The position numbers and the translations under genes were made by a program. The notes below the pieces were generated by a model, which searched no databases, was not told the DNA's origin, and saw only the letters and a program-made list of their open reading frames with translations. DNA of 56,246 nt from an uncultured Bacilli bacterium (lineage in GTDB: Bacteria > Bacillota_I > Bacilli_A > RF39 > UBA660). The DNA is taken from assembly GCA_944358505.1 (NCBI GenBank), contig CALVRG010000020.1, positions 1 through 56,246 of the forward strand. Reading direction: 5' to 3'. Of this stretch, positions 6,941-17,896 are shown in pieces (the stretch's first letter is position 1; the number at the start of each line of letters is the position of its first letter).

Positions 6941-9886
6941 ATGTATTTAAAAGAAATAGTTACTAACGGATTCAAATCTTTTGCAGATAAGATGGAAATT
7001 AAATTAGATGATAAAGTTACTTGTATAGTTGGTCCTAATGGCAGCGGCAAAAGTAATGTAGTTGATGCAGTTCGATGGGTGTTAGGAGAGCAATCAGTTA
7101 AAAATCTTCGTGGTGAAGGTGGAATGAGTGATGTAATATTTGCTGGAAGTGCATCAAGAAAAGAAAAAAACACTGCTAGCGTTGAACTTATTTTTGATAA
7201 TAGTGATCACTACTTAAAAATAGACTATAGTGAAATCAGTGTTAAAAGAAGAGTGTTTAGAAGTGGAGAAAATGAATATTTTATTAATAATAATAAATGT
7301 AGATTAAAAGATGTAATTAATCTTTTTTTAGATAGTGGTGTTTCAAAAGAATCATTTAACATCATCTCTCAAGGAGAAGTATCTAAAATACTTAGTGAAA
7401 GCAATGATGATAGGAGAGTAATATTTGAAGAAGCAGCAGGTATTTTAAAATATAAAAAAAGAAAAGAAGAAGCTTTAAGAAAACTAGATAAAACTAATGA
7501 TGCCATCAATAGAGTAGATGATATCATTAATGAATTAGAATTACAGGTAAAACCACTAAAAGAACAATGTGAGAAAGCTAAACTTTATAAAGAAAATAAA
7601 GAAGCTTTAGAAAAATTAGAAATAGCATTAATTGCCTATGATATATGTAATTTAGCTAGTGAAGAAGAAATATTAAAGAAAGAAAAAGAAGCAAAGGAAA
7701 AAGAAATCCTTAACCTTGAAAGTACAGCTAATACTGATAATGGATCTTATCTAAAGAAAAAAACAGATTTGCTCGCTAAAGAAAAAGACTTAGAATTTAT
7801 TCAAAAAGAATTGGTAGAAAAAACTGAAGAAATAGGTAATTTAAGTGTAGATTTAAATATCTTAAAAGAACAAAGAAAGAATAAAAATACTTCTATTAAA
7901 GAAGAAGAACTTAGAAACCTTTATTTAGAAAAAGGAGATATAAGCAAAAACATCAGTTTATTAGAAGAAAAAATAGAAGAATTAAAAAGTAATATATCTA
8001 GCATTAATGAAGAAGTTAATATTAATAAAAATAATATTAAAGGGCTTAATTTAAATCTAAAAGAATACGAACAAACATACAGTAAGCAAGATAGAGATAT
8101 TTTAAGTTATAAACATAAAATAGAATTATTAAAATTAGAAGAAGAAAGAGGTAATAACTTACCTAATTCGATAAAAAAAATATTAGAGACAAAAACATTA
8201 AATGGTATTTATAATATAATTGGTAATGTAATAAAAACTAAAGAAGAATATGTTAGATGTTTAGATATTGCAATTAGTAGTAGTAAAAATTTTGTTATTG
8301 TTAAAGATGAAGAATGTGCAAAAGAAGCAATTAGATACTTAAAAAATAACAATTTAGGAAGAGCTACTTTTTTCCCAATTGATGTAATAAAAAAAAGATA
8401 CATAGATACCAGTACTCAAAATATTTTGAAGAGTACGGAAGGATATATTGGTGTTTTAGCAGATTTAGTTACTACAGATAATGAATATAAAAATATTATT
8501 TATAATCAATTAGGGCTTGTAATAGTTGCAGAAGATTTAGACAGTGCTACAATAATTAGTAAAAAAATAGAAAGACGATATAAAGTAATAACTCTTTCAG
8601 GAGATGTTATTAATGTGGGAGGATCTTTAACAGGCGGAGCTAACTATAAAGGTAGAAGTTCTGTTATGATTAATCAAGAAATTATTAACCATACTAATAT
8701 AGTTTCTAGTTTAGAAGAATCTAACAAAAAGATACTTAATGATATAAAAGAAGTTAAAGAATCTATTAGAAAATTAGAAGATAAAGTATACCTTGAAGAG
8801 AAAGATTTAAGACTAATTATAGATGATATTAATGATAAGACTAACAAACTTAATGAATATAAAAATAATTATAGTAATATCAGTAAAAATATTAGTAATT
8901 TAGAAAGTAATGATGAACTTTTAGATAATAAGGAGCAAACTCTTATTAACAGATTTTATGAAGTTAGTAGTTATAAAGAAAAACTAGAATTAAAAATTAA
9001 TACTTTAAGAAAAGAAATTAAAGAATTAAAAGAAAAAATAGAAGCAGAAGAAGAAGATGCTAAATATAAAAATAATTTACTAAGAAAAAAAGAAGAAGAA
9101 AGAAATACTATAGAAATAAAACTCGAAAGAATAGATGTTAAACTTGATACATTATTAAATAATTTAAGTAGTGAATATTCTATTACTTATGAAAAAGCTA
9201 AAAAAGATTATGAACTCGAAATAGATGCAAAAGATGCTAGAAGTAAAGTTGATAATTATAAAGCAAATATTAAAAGACTTGGTATGGTTAATTTAGCTGC
9301 AATAGAAGAATACGAAAGAGTTAATACGAGATATATGTTTTTATTACATCAAAGAGAAGATTTAGAAAAAGCAGTAGCAACCCTTCTTGAGATAATGAAA
9401 GAAATGGATGAAGTTATGAAAGAAGAATTTATTAAGACTTTTGATTTAATAAAAAAAGAATTTAAAGAAGTATTTAAAGAATTATTTCATGGTGGCAATG
9501 CTGATTTAAAGTTAACCAGTGATGATATATTAACTACAGGAATAGAAATAGTAGCATGTCCTCCAGGCAAGAAATTAACTACTATTAGCTTATTATCAGG
9601 AGGCGAAAAAACTTTAACTGCAATCAGTTTATTATTTGCAATTATTAATGTCAGAACAATACCATTTTGTATTTTTGACGAAGTAGAAGCAGCGCTTGAT
9701 GAAGCTAACGTAATTGAGTTTGGTAAATATCTTTCTAATTATAAAAATAAAACTCAATTTTTAATAATTACTCATAAGAAGAAAACAATGGAATATGCTG
9801 ATACCTTGTATGGCATTACTATGCAAGAGTCTGGTGTATCAAAACTAGTTAGCGTTAAATTAACTAATAATGAAGAAATAATATAA
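6941..9886 (+). CDS. smc: Chromosome partition protein Smc
   Basis: MYLKEIVTNGFKSFA, Walker A GPNGSGKSN, long coiled coils, hinge (GRATFFPID), signature LSGGEKTLTA, Walker B FCIFDEVEAALD. 981 aa, about 200 aa shorter than B. subtilis Smc. Confidence 0.9.
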   Translation: MYLKEIVTNGFKSFADKMEIKLDDKVTCIVGPNGSGKSNVVDAVRWVLGEQSVKNLRGEGGMSDVIFAGSASRKEKNTASVELIFDNSDHYLKIDYSEISVKRRVFRSGENEYFINNNKCRLKDVINLFLDSGVSKESFNIISQGEVSKILSESNDDRRVIFEEAAGILKYKKRKEEALRKLDKTNDAINRVDDIINELELQVKPLKEQCEKAKLYKENKEALEKLEIALIAYDICNLASEEEILKKEKEAKEKEILNLESTANTDNGSYLKKKTDLLAKEKDLEFIQKELVEKTEEIGNLSVDLNILKEQRKNKNTSIKEEELRNLYLEKGDISKNISLLEEKIEELKSNISSINEEVNINKNNIKGLNLNLKEYEQTYSKQDRDILSYKHKIELLKLEEERGNNLPNSIKKILETKTLNGIYNIIGNVIKTKEEYVRCLDIAISSSKNFVIVKDEECAKEAIRYLKNNNLGRATFFPIDVIKKRYIDTSTQNILKSTEGYIGVLADLVTTDNEYKNIIYNQLGLVIVAEDLDSATIISKKIERRYKVITLSGDVINVGGSLTGGANYKGRSSVMINQEIINHTNIVSSLEESNKKILNDIKEVKESIRKLEDKVYLEEKDLRLIIDDINDKTNKLNEYKNNYSNISKNISNLESNDELLDNKEQTLINRFYEVSSYKEKLELKINTLRKEIKELKEKIEAEEEDAKYKNNLLRKKEEERNTIEIKLERIDVKLDTLLNNLSSEYSITYEKAKKDYELEIDAKDARSKVDNYKANIKRLGMVNLAAIEEYERVNTRYMFLLHQREDLEKAVATLLEIMKEMDEVMKEEFIKTFDLIKKEFKEVFKELFHGGNADLKLTSDDILTTGIEIVACPPGKKLTTISLLSGGEKTLTAISLLFAIINVRTIPFCIFDEVEAALDEANVIEFGKYLSNYKNKTQFLIITHKKKTMEYADTLYGITMQESGVSKLVSVKLTNNEEII

Positions 9887-9962
9887 TAATAAAATTATTT
9901 ATACAGAAGTATTTTTCTTGCTTCTTTTTTTATTTTAAAGTATTCTATTAGTGGTGATTTTA

Positions 9963-11093
9963 ATGAATGATATTAATGCAGTATATATTCATATACCATT
10001 TTGTAATTATATATGTGCTTATTGTGACTTTTGTAAAGTTTTATATAATGAAAAATTTGTTAATACCTATTTAGATAGTTTAAAAAAAGAAATAAAAGAT
10101 AATTATAAAGGTGAAAAAATTACTTCATTATACATAGGAGGGGGAACACCCAGTAGCCTTAACTTAGACGAAATAATAAAATTATTTAACATTTTAAATG
10201 TTTTAAACTTAAGTAAAGATTGTGAAATTACCTTTGAAGCTAATCCTGATAGTTTAACCAATGACAAAATAAAATTATTAAAATCTTTTGGAGTAAATAG
10301 AGTTAGTTTAGGAGTGGAGACAATTAATAAATCTATTCAAGGTGTTATAGAAAGATATACTTCTAGCAATTTAATTATTTCAGTTATAAATAATCTCAAA
10401 AAAAATGGTATTACTAATATAAATGTAGATTTAATATATGCTTTTATAAACGAAAGTTTGAGAGATTTAAAAACTGACTTAAACTTCTTGTTATCATTAG
10501 ATGTCCCTCACATATCTACATATTCTTTAATTATAGAAGATAATACTAAATTGAAAATAAAGGATATTAAAAATATAGATACTAACACTGATAGAAAAAT
10601 GTATGATTTCATATGCAAGGTTTTAAACTCTAATGGATATATTCATTATGAAATTTCTAATTTTGCTAAAATTGGTTACGAATCAGCTCATAATTTAAAA
10701 TATTGGCATAATGAAAGATATTATGGATTTGGTGTTGGTGCCAGTTCTTATTTAGGTAATATTAGATATTCTAATACTAAAAGTATTACCAATTATATTA
10801 GAGGAAAAAGAGTTATATACAAAGAGAAACTAAGCATTAAAGATAAAATATTTTATGAAGTAATGCTTAATTTTAGGACTAATAAAGGGTTAGACAAAAA
10901 GAAATTTATTAATAAATATAAAGTTTCTATAGATAAGTTATTTAATTATAAACATTTAGTTAATAAAAAAGTATTAATTAGTAATAGTAATTATCTAAAA
11001 GTAAAAGAAGAATATTTTTATGTGCTTGATGAAGTTGTACTAGAATTTTTAGGCACTTTACAAACAAATGTTTATAATGATATAATAACTTAA
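9963..11093 (+). CDS. hemW: Radical-SAM heme chaperone HemW (HemN-like, oxygen-independent coproporphyrinogen oxidase family)
   Basis: YIHIPFCNYICAYCDF (CxxxCxxC), GGGTPS, and a HemN_C-like C-terminus. Confidence 0.8.
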   Translation: MNDINAVYIHIPFCNYICAYCDFCKVLYNEKFVNTYLDSLKKEIKDNYKGEKITSLYIGGGTPSSLNLDEIIKLFNILNVLNLSKDCEITFEANPDSLTNDKIKLLKSFGVNRVSLGVETINKSIQGVIERYTSSNLIISVINNLKKNGITNINVDLIYAFINESLRDLKTDLNFLLSLDVPHISTYSLIIEDNTKLKIKDIKNIDTNTDRKMYDFICKVLNSNGYIHYEISNFAKIGYESAHNLKYWHNERYYGFGVGASSYLGNIRYSNTKSITNYIRGKRVIYKEKLSIKDKIFYEVMLNFRTNKGLDKKKFINKYKVSIDKLFNYKHLVNKKVLISNSNYLKVKEEYFYVLDEVVLEFLGTLQTNVYNDIIT

Positions 11094-11107
11094 AAGAAAG
11101 GGAAGTT

Positions 11108-11689
11108 ATGAATAAAAAAGAGATATTTTATGATGAGATAAATTATATTAAAGATGATAAATTAAAAAATAGCCTTTGTAAATTAATAGAACTATTGCCA
11201 GATTATTTTTTTATTGAACCAGCATCATCTACTGGCAAATACCATCCTAAATATGCATTAGGTAATGGTGGACTTTTACGCCACACTAAAGCCGCTGTTA
11301 GAATAGGTTATGAATTATTACAAGATTTATCTATTGCTAAAAAATATACCGATCATGAAAAAGATTTAATGTTAATTGCATTACTTATGCATGATGGTTT
11401 CAAAAAAGGTCTTATAGAAGAAAGATATACTCGCTTTGATCACCCCTTGATTGCAGCTAAAATAATTTTAGATAATCACAACCAAGTAGGACTTAGCTTA
11501 GAAGATGCAACTTTTATAAGTTCTGCAATTAAAACACATATGGGAGATTATACCATTGATTATAATGGAAATGAAATATTAGAAAAGCCTCATACAAAAT
11601 ATCAAAATTTTGTCCATATGTGTGACTTTTTAGCAAGTCGTAAATGTTTGTTAGTGCCATTTGATCAAAATAATAATATTGAAATATAG
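11108..11689 (+). CDS. HD-domain phosphohydrolase
   Basis: GKYHP ... LLMHDGFK (HD dyad) ... HMCDFLASR. Confidence 0.65.
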   Translation: MNKKEIFYDEINYIKDDKLKNSLCKLIELLPDYFFIEPASSTGKYHPKYALGNGGLLRHTKAAVRIGYELLQDLSIAKKYTDHEKDLMLIALLMHDGFKKGLIEERYTRFDHPLIAAKIILDNHNQVGLSLEDATFISSAIKTHMGDYTIDYNGNEILEKPHTKYQNFVHMCDFLASRKCLLVPFDQNNNIEI

Positions 11690-11700
11690 GAGGGGTGTTC

Positions 11701-12348
11701 ATGGGAAAGCTTATTGTTATAGAAGGAATAGAAGGATCAGGGAAAGAGACCCAGAGTAAGCTATTAGTTAACACTTTAAATAAACTTGGAATAAATGCTA
11801 TAGAATTTTCTTTTCCAATGTATGACACTCCCACCGGGAAAATATTCAGAGATTGTGTTTTAAATAAGAATGGTTTTTTTAATGAAGGATTTGATAAACT
11901 TGATCCTGAACTTGTATGTTTATACACAGCTGCAGATAGAAAATATAATATAAAGAAAATAAATAAATATTTAGAAAAAGATTACATAGTTATAATAAAT
12001 CGTTATACTAGTTCTAATATGGCCATTCAAGGTAGCAAATATAGTGATAGTGAAGATAGATTTTATATTTATCAGTGGATTGACAAATTAGAGTATTGGT
12101 TATTAAAACTACCTAAACCAGACTATACGATACTTCTTAATATTCCCTATAAATATAACAATCAATTGTCTTTTAATTTGACGCCTAATAACGATAAAGA
12201 TGAAAAAGTACTTCTAGCATATATGGAACTTGCCGAACTTTATAATTGGGATGTTATAAAATGTATTGTAGATGATAAAGAGAAGTCTATTGATGAAATC
12301 CACAAAGAAATAGTTGAAATATTAAAAAATAAAGGATTAATAGTATAA
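11701..12348 (+). CDS. tmk: Thymidylate kinase family protein
   Basis: RBS GGAGGGG. P-loop IVIEGIEGSGKETQ, FPMYDTPTGKIFR, NRYTSSNMAIQG (DRY..S..AYQ-like). Confidence 0.6.
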   Translation: MGKLIVIEGIEGSGKETQSKLLVNTLNKLGINAIEFSFPMYDTPTGKIFRDCVLNKNGFFNEGFDKLDPELVCLYTAADRKYNIKKINKYLEKDYIVIINRYTSSNMAIQGSKYSDSEDRFYIYQWIDKLEYWLLKLPKPDYTILLNIPYKYNNQLSFNLTPNNDKDEKVLLAYMELAELYNWDVIKCIVDDKEKSIDEIHKEIVEILKNKGLIV

Positions 12349-12394
12349 ATTAAAGAGTTTTGGAAATCTTATTAATAAGAAAGGCTGTGATAAT

Positions 12395-13042
12395 ATGGAC
12401 TATTTATTAATAACACTTAAAACTCTTTTCTTTTATTTTGCTATAGTTGCCTTCTATCGTTTTATGGGTAAAAGAGAAGTAGGAGAACTTGGTATAATAG
12501 ACTTAATTGTATCTGTTTTAATAGCAGAACTTGCAGCAATTAGTATTGAAAAATTTGAAGATAGTGTTTTTATGATGCTTATACCTATTGCTATATTAGT
12601 AATACTACAAATAATACTTGCTAAACTCTCTTTAAAAAGTGATAAGCTTAGAAACCTTTTAGATGGCGAAGCATCCATGATTATAGATAATGGCAAAGTC
12701 AATTTTAAAGAAATGATAAAACAACGATATAATCTAGAAGATTTGCTTACACAATTAAGAGCAAGAGAAGTTAAGAGTATAGATGAAGTTGAATATGCAA
12801 TACTTGAAACTAGTGGTAAATTATCTGTTTTTACTAAAAATGCTAATAATAGTGGTGCCTATCCTCTTCCAGTAATACTAGATGGGAAAATACAAACAGG
12901 TACACTAAAAAGCTTAGAGAAAAAAGAAAAATGGCTTTATGAACTTTTAGATACTAAAAAAGTTAAACTTGACGATGTATTTTATGCCTTTTATAAAGAT
13001 AAACAATTATTTGTTATCAAAAATAGTGACTGTATTTCCTAA
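12395..13042 (+). CDS. DUF421 (YetF-like) membrane protein
   Basis: Three N-terminal TM helices (GKREVGELGIIDLIVSVLIAE) plus a soluble C-terminal domain, the typical YetF/YdfS architecture. Confidence 0.7.
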   Translation: MDYLLITLKTLFFYFAIVAFYRFMGKREVGELGIIDLIVSVLIAELAAISIEKFEDSVFMMLIPIAILVILQIILAKLSLKSDKLRNLLDGEASMIIDNGKVNFKEMIKQRYNLEDLLTQLRAREVKSIDEVEYAILETSGKLSVFTKNANNSGAYPLPVILDGKIQTGTLKSLEKKEKWLYELLDTKKVKLDDVFYAFYKDKQLFVIKNSDCIS

Positions 13043-13083
13043 ATTAGACAAAATTATTAATTTAAATATATTATGATAAGAGT

Positions 13084-14271
13084 ATGAAAAAAGAAATATA
13101 TTTACTACTTATCATTTTTTTACTTGTAATAATTTATATTTTTATACCAAATAATAACACAAAAATTAAGAATAATCATAGTAATTTAGAAAAAAGAGCC
13201 ATTTTTATTTCCTATATTGAACTTGGAAATAATTTAAGAGGAAAAAGTAAAAATGATATGAAAAATACTATTGATAATATGATTGATAAAATAGACAATT
13301 TTGGTTTTAATATGATTATTTTACAAGTTAGAGCTTTTAGTGATGCAATTTATAAATCATCTATTTTTCCTAGCAGTAGAAGTGTTGTTAATATAGAGGG
13401 TGATAATCTTCCTTTTGATATATTAGATTATTTTATAAAAAAATCGCACAAAAAAAACATAGAATTACACGCTTGGATCAATCCATATCGTATTAGTAAT
13501 ACAACAGATACTTCATTAATTAGTAAAGATAATCCATTCTATAAATTTCTTGATAGTGATGGTGCTATGATAATCGATGATAAAGGTATTTATTATAATC
13601 CTGCAAATAAAAGTGTAGAAGCTTTAATACTTAATGGAATTGATGAAATTATTACTAACTATAACGTAGATGGAATTCATTTTGATGATTATTTTTATCC
13701 TCCATCTACTATTATAGATAAAATTGAATACAACAAAGCACTAGAAAAAAATAGTAATTTAACTTTACAGGAGTTTCGTTTAAACACAATAAGTTCATTA
13801 ATTAAGAAAACTTATGAACTTATTAAAAATTATGATAAAAATATTTTATTTGGCATTTCCCCTGATGGTAATATAGAAAATAATTATAATAGCAATTATA
13901 TAGATACAAAATTAATTGTTACCAAAAAAGGATATATAGATTATTTAATGCCGCAAGTTTACTATGGATTTTTAAATAGTACTAAACCCTTTGAAGAAAC
14001 TGTCAAATCATGGGATAATTTAATTAAAACTGATGTGGATCTGATACCTGCACTTGCATTTTATAAAACTGGTAATATAGATAAATATGCTAAAGAAGGA
14101 ATTAATGAATGGATAGAATACAATAATATTATAGCAAAAGAGGTAATGTTAAGTAGGGAACTTAAAAATTATAAGGGTTTTTCTATTTTTAGATATGATT
14201 CTATCTTTGGAAATAATTTATCAAATACATCTTTTTTAGAAAAAGAAAATTTAAAAAATATTTTATCTTAA
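13084..14271 (+). CDS. Glycoside-hydrolase-like family 10 (DUF187/YngK-like) exported protein
   Basis: Signal anchor, RAIFISY, ELHAWINPYR and GIHFDDYFYP motifs. Confidence 0.7.
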   Translation: MKKEIYLLLIIFLLVIIYIFIPNNNTKIKNNHSNLEKRAIFISYIELGNNLRGKSKNDMKNTIDNMIDKIDNFGFNMIILQVRAFSDAIYKSSIFPSSRSVVNIEGDNLPFDILDYFIKKSHKKNIELHAWINPYRISNTTDTSLISKDNPFYKFLDSDGAMIIDDKGIYYNPANKSVEALILNGIDEIITNYNVDGIHFDDYFYPPSTIIDKIEYNKALEKNSNLTLQEFRLNTISSLIKKTYELIKNYDKNILFGISPDGNIENNYNSNYIDTKLIVTKKGYIDYLMPQVYYGFLNSTKPFEETVKSWDNLIKTDVDLIPALAFYKTGNIDKYAKEGINEWIEYNNIIAKEVMLSRELKNYKGFSIFRYDSIFGNNLSNTSFLEKENLKNILS

Positions 14272-14310
14272 TTAAAATAGTGATATAATAACATAAAGAT
14301 AGGTGATAAT

Positions 14311-14823
14311 ATGAGCAGAAAGGGCTTTACATTAATAGAATTGTTGGCAACAATATTAATACTTTCATTAATTATGTTAGTTGCTGTTCCTAATGTAATG
14401 AGTACTATAGATAAAAATAAGCGTGATACTTATGTTGAAGATGCAAAAAAGATGATTACTTTAGCAGAGTATAAAGTTAGAAGTAATACTAATATTGAAC
14501 TTCCTTCCAACGGTAACTGTATTGTTATACTTATGAAAGCACTTGATTTAAGTGATTTCAATGAAGGCCCAGAAGGAGGTAGCTATGACCTTGAAAATTC
14601 TTATGTTGTAATAGGAAGAACGGGTAATACATATGAATATGCTGCAGCCATAGTAGAAAATTATGGTGAAAATAAAAGAGGTCTTCCTATTATATCACGC
14701 GATGATTTGAATAAAGAAAATGCTAAAAATAAAGTGGTTGAAAATGATGAACTAAATATTATAAATCCTACTGTTGGATCTAGTTTAAATGGTTATATTG
14801 TTACAAATATTATTGACAGTTAA
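14311..14823 (+). CDS. Prepilin-type (type IV pilin/pseudopilin-like) protein 1
   Basis: MSRKG|FTLIELLATILILSLIML: a class III signal peptide with Gly-1, Phe+1 and Glu+5, then a hydrophobic helix. Confidence 0.85.
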   Translation: MSRKGFTLIELLATILILSLIMLVAVPNVMSTIDKNKRDTYVEDAKKMITLAEYKVRSNTNIELPSNGNCIVILMKALDLSDFNEGPEGGSYDLENSYVVIGRTGNTYEYAAAIVENYGENKRGLPIISRDDLNKENAKNKVVENDELNIINPTVGSSLNGYIVTNIIDS

Positions 14824-14870
14824 ACTAATATTTGATATCATAAAAAGTAAGATATGGAGGTTATTATAAT

Positions 14871-15446
14871 ATGAAAAAAAGAATTAATAAGCATGGTTTT
14901 ACATTAATTGAATTGCTTGCAGTTATTGTTATTTTAGCAATATTAATGACATTAGCTATTACAGCAATGTCAGGCGTTATTGAAAACTCAAAAAAAGATA
15001 CTTATATTACAACTGCATTACAATATGCTAACTCTGTAAGATTAAGTTTTGTTAATGGTGATTATGATGCGACTAAAATGCCTAGCAATGGAGAGTGTTT
15101 AGCTGTTTCAACTAATAAAGTTGCACTAGAAAGCGGTTCACATGAAAGCCCATTTGGATCAGCATTTTCTGATAATAGTTATATCATTATTTTAAATGCT
15201 TCAACAGGTGCTGAAGATAAATATGACTATTTTATTCAGATGAGTGATGGAGCTGGTAATGGATTTGGTATCATGCAAGAAAATAGTCTAGAAAGAAACT
15301 TAGTAATTAGAAAGACTGCTGAAAGTCAAACTAATTTTGATACTGGTCTTACTGAGGGTGAAACTATAAATTTATATACGGCCACTAATGGAACACCATC
15401 AGCATATAATCCTACAGAATGTACTTTATCTGGAGTAATTAAATAA
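14871..15446 (+). CDS. Prepilin-type (type IV pilin/pseudopilin-like) protein 2, paralogue of the upstream gene
   Basis: MKKRINKHG|FTLIELLAVIVILAILM. It shares K(K/R)DTY(V/I), PSNG(N/E)C and NSY(V/I)(V/I)I blocks with the upstream gene. Confidence 0.85.
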   Translation: MKKRINKHGFTLIELLAVIVILAILMTLAITAMSGVIENSKKDTYITTALQYANSVRLSFVNGDYDATKMPSNGECLAVSTNKVALESGSHESPFGSAFSDNSYIIILNASTGAEDKYDYFIQMSDGAGNGFGIMQENSLERNLVIRKTAESQTNFDTGLTEGETINLYTATNGTPSAYNPTECTLSGVIK

Positions 15447-15462
15447 GCTTATTTGTTTAATA

Positions 15463-15489
15463 AAAAAGAGTATTTAAATACTCTTTTTC
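15463..15489 (+). terminator. Rho-independent terminator after the pilin pair
   Basis: AAAAAGAGTATTT/AAATACTCTTTTT hairpin followed by T-run. Confidence 0.75.
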
Positions 15490-15548
15490 TCTTGTAAAAA
15501 ATTGTAATTAAGTTATAATAAATATTAGTCCGTTTGGGAGGGATATTA

Positions 15549-17867
15549 ATGTCAAAGTTACCAGTTTTAATTATTAATAATGCAATACTTTTTCCTAATA
15601 TGGAATATCGTAGTGAAACTACAGATTATTATGAACAAGATATTATAAATACTATTGATAGGACAGATAATAAAGAATTAATAATAATTCATTCTATAGA
15701 TGATGTGAGTGTTGACGATGTTACAGAATTTCCAAAAATAGGACTTTTAGCCACTTTAACTTTAAAACTTAATATTCCCAACTCAAAAATGCGCTATATA
15801 TTTGTAGGTATAAAAAGAGTAGAGATAACATCATATGAGGAAGAGAACGGAATTTTTTATGCAATTTATAAAGAAATATTAGAAGATAAAATATCGAAAG
15901 AAGAAGAAAATCGTTATTTAAGCATGTTATATCGCAATTACGAAAAATATGTAAGAGAAATTTCTACTGTTAGCAATGCAATGCTAGGAGAAATTTCTTC
16001 TATTGATAGTTTGGGTAAACTAACAGATATTATCGTTCCTTTTTTAAATCTTAGTCCAGAAACAAAAAAGAACTATTTATATGAACTCAATTGCATTAAA
16101 AGGGCAATGAATCTTATTAGTCAATTAAAAGAAGAATTAAATTTAGCAAAATTAGAAAAAGAAATAGAAATAAAAGTTCATAAAAAAATTGACGAAGATC
16201 AAAGAAAATATTATTTAAGTGAAAAAATGAAAATTATTTCTAATGAATTAGGAGAAACTAATAGTAAGAATTTAATAATTCAAAGATTTAAGAATAGATT
16301 AAAAAAAATAAAATGTTCTTCTAAAATTAGAAATAGAATTAAAGAAGAGATTGAACATTATGCATCTATCAACGAGAACATTCCTGAAGCATCAATTTTA
16401 AGAGATTATATTGAATTGATGCTAAGTTTACCATGGGATTACAAAACAAAAGATATTACTGATATAAAGGAAATAGAAGATACTTTAAATAATAGTCATT
16501 ATGGATTATCAAAAGTTAAAACTAGAATTGTTGAATACATTGCGGTTAAACAAAATTCATCAAGAGAAAAAAGTCCAATATTATGTTTAATAGGACCACC
16601 TGGAGTTGGTAAAACATCTCTTGCTAAAGTAATTGCTAAAAGTCTTAATAGACGTCTTGTTAGTGTATCAGTTGGTGGGATTAACGACGAAGCTGAAATT
16701 GTTGGACATAGAAGGACTTACGTAGGAGCAATGCCCGGTAGAATTATTCAAGGTATAAAAAAATGTGGTAGTTCCAATCCAGTTTTTATCATTGATGAGA
16801 TAGATAAAATGACTAAAAACTTTAGAGGAGATCCTGCTAGTAGTCTCTTAGAAGTTTTAGATAAAGAACAAAACAATACTTTTTATGATCATTATTTAGA
16901 GGAAGAATATGATTTATCTAGTGTTTTATTTATTGCTACTGCTAACTATGAAGAACAGATACCACCCGAACTAAGAGATAGACTTGAAATAATATATTTG
17001 GATTCTTATACTGAATACGAAAAATTATCTATTGCTAAAAACTATTTAATACCAAAAGCATTAGAAGAACATGGTCTCACTTCATTACAAGTTAATTTTA
17101 CCGATGAATCAATACTAGATATTATAAATTATTATACAAAAGAAGCCGGTGTTAGAAATTTAGAAAGATTAATTGCTAAAATACTAAGAAAAATAGTAAA
17201 GAAGGTATTAACAGATAAAAATGTTGTTTTCTATTCTATAACTAGTGCAGATTTACAAAACTATTTAGATAAAAAAGTCTACAATGAGCAAGAAAACAAA
17301 GAAACTAAATTGAAAGGTGTTGTTAATGGCCTTGCTTATACTCCATATGGTGGAGATACACTTCCGATAGAAGTAACTCATTATAAAGGTAATTCTAATT
17401 TAGTTTTAACTGGATCGCTTGGAGAAGTTATGCAAGAATCAGCGAAAATTGCACTTAGCTATATAAAAGCGAATAGTAAAAAATTCAATTTAAATATGAA
17501 TATTTTTGAAGATGATATTCATATTCACGTTCCAGAAGGAGCTACCCCTAAAGAAGGACCAAGTGCTGGTATAGCACTTACAACAGCTTTACTTAGCGCA
17601 TTTAACAATACTAAAATATCCACAAAAATTGCAATGACAGGAGAAATAACTTTACAAGGCAACATTATTAAAATAGGTGGTGTCAAGGAAAAAGTATTGG
17701 GTGCATATAGAGCGGGGGTTAATACAATATATCTGCCATTAGAAAACAAAGACGATGTTAAAGAAATACCTAAAGAAATAAGAGAAAAAATAAAGTTTAT
17801 ATATATATCTAATTATAGTGAACTTTATAAAAAGTTATTTTCGAAAGAAGAGCCAATATATAATTAA
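15549..17867 (+). CDS. lon: ATP-dependent Lon protease (LonA type)
   Basis: RBS GGGAGGG. Lon N-domain, Walker A GPPGVGKTS, Walker B FIIDEIDK, protease domain PKEGPSAG with a downstream Lys (GGVKEKVLGA). Confidence 0.92.
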   Translation: MSKLPVLIINNAILFPNMEYRSETTDYYEQDIINTIDRTDNKELIIIHSIDDVSVDDVTEFPKIGLLATLTLKLNIPNSKMRYIFVGIKRVEITSYEEENGIFYAIYKEILEDKISKEEENRYLSMLYRNYEKYVREISTVSNAMLGEISSIDSLGKLTDIIVPFLNLSPETKKNYLYELNCIKRAMNLISQLKEELNLAKLEKEIEIKVHKKIDEDQRKYYLSEKMKIISNELGETNSKNLIIQRFKNRLKKIKCSSKIRNRIKEEIEHYASINENIPEASILRDYIELMLSLPWDYKTKDITDIKEIEDTLNNSHYGLSKVKTRIVEYIAVKQNSSREKSPILCLIGPPGVGKTSLAKVIAKSLNRRLVSVSVGGINDEAEIVGHRRTYVGAMPGRIIQGIKKCGSSNPVFIIDEIDKMTKNFRGDPASSLLEVLDKEQNNTFYDHYLEEEYDLSSVLFIATANYEEQIPPELRDRLEIIYLDSYTEYEKLSIAKNYLIPKALEEHGLTSLQVNFTDESILDIINYYTKEAGVRNLERLIAKILRKIVKKVLTDKNVVFYSITSADLQNYLDKKVYNEQENKETKLKGVVNGLAYTPYGGDTLPIEVTHYKGNSNLVLTGSLGEVMQESAKIALSYIKANSKKFNLNMNIFEDDIHIHVPEGATPKEGPSAGIALTTALLSAFNNTKISTKIAMTGEITLQGNIIKIGGVKEKVLGAYRAGVNTIYLPLENKDDVKEIPKEIREKIKFIYISNYSELYKKLFSKEEPIYN

Positions 17868-17896
17868 TATTACAACAATTAAACTTAATAAATAAT

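Noticed and set aside
3400-9300. Apparent repetitiveness in the FtsX ectodomain (about 3400-4150) and the smc coiled coils (about 7400-9300); checked for tandem DNA repeats or CRISPR-like spacing
   Set aside because: The periodicity is at the amino-acid (heptad, Lys/Glu/Asn codon) level only. There are no exact DNA repeat units. No CRISPR array is present anywhere in the window.
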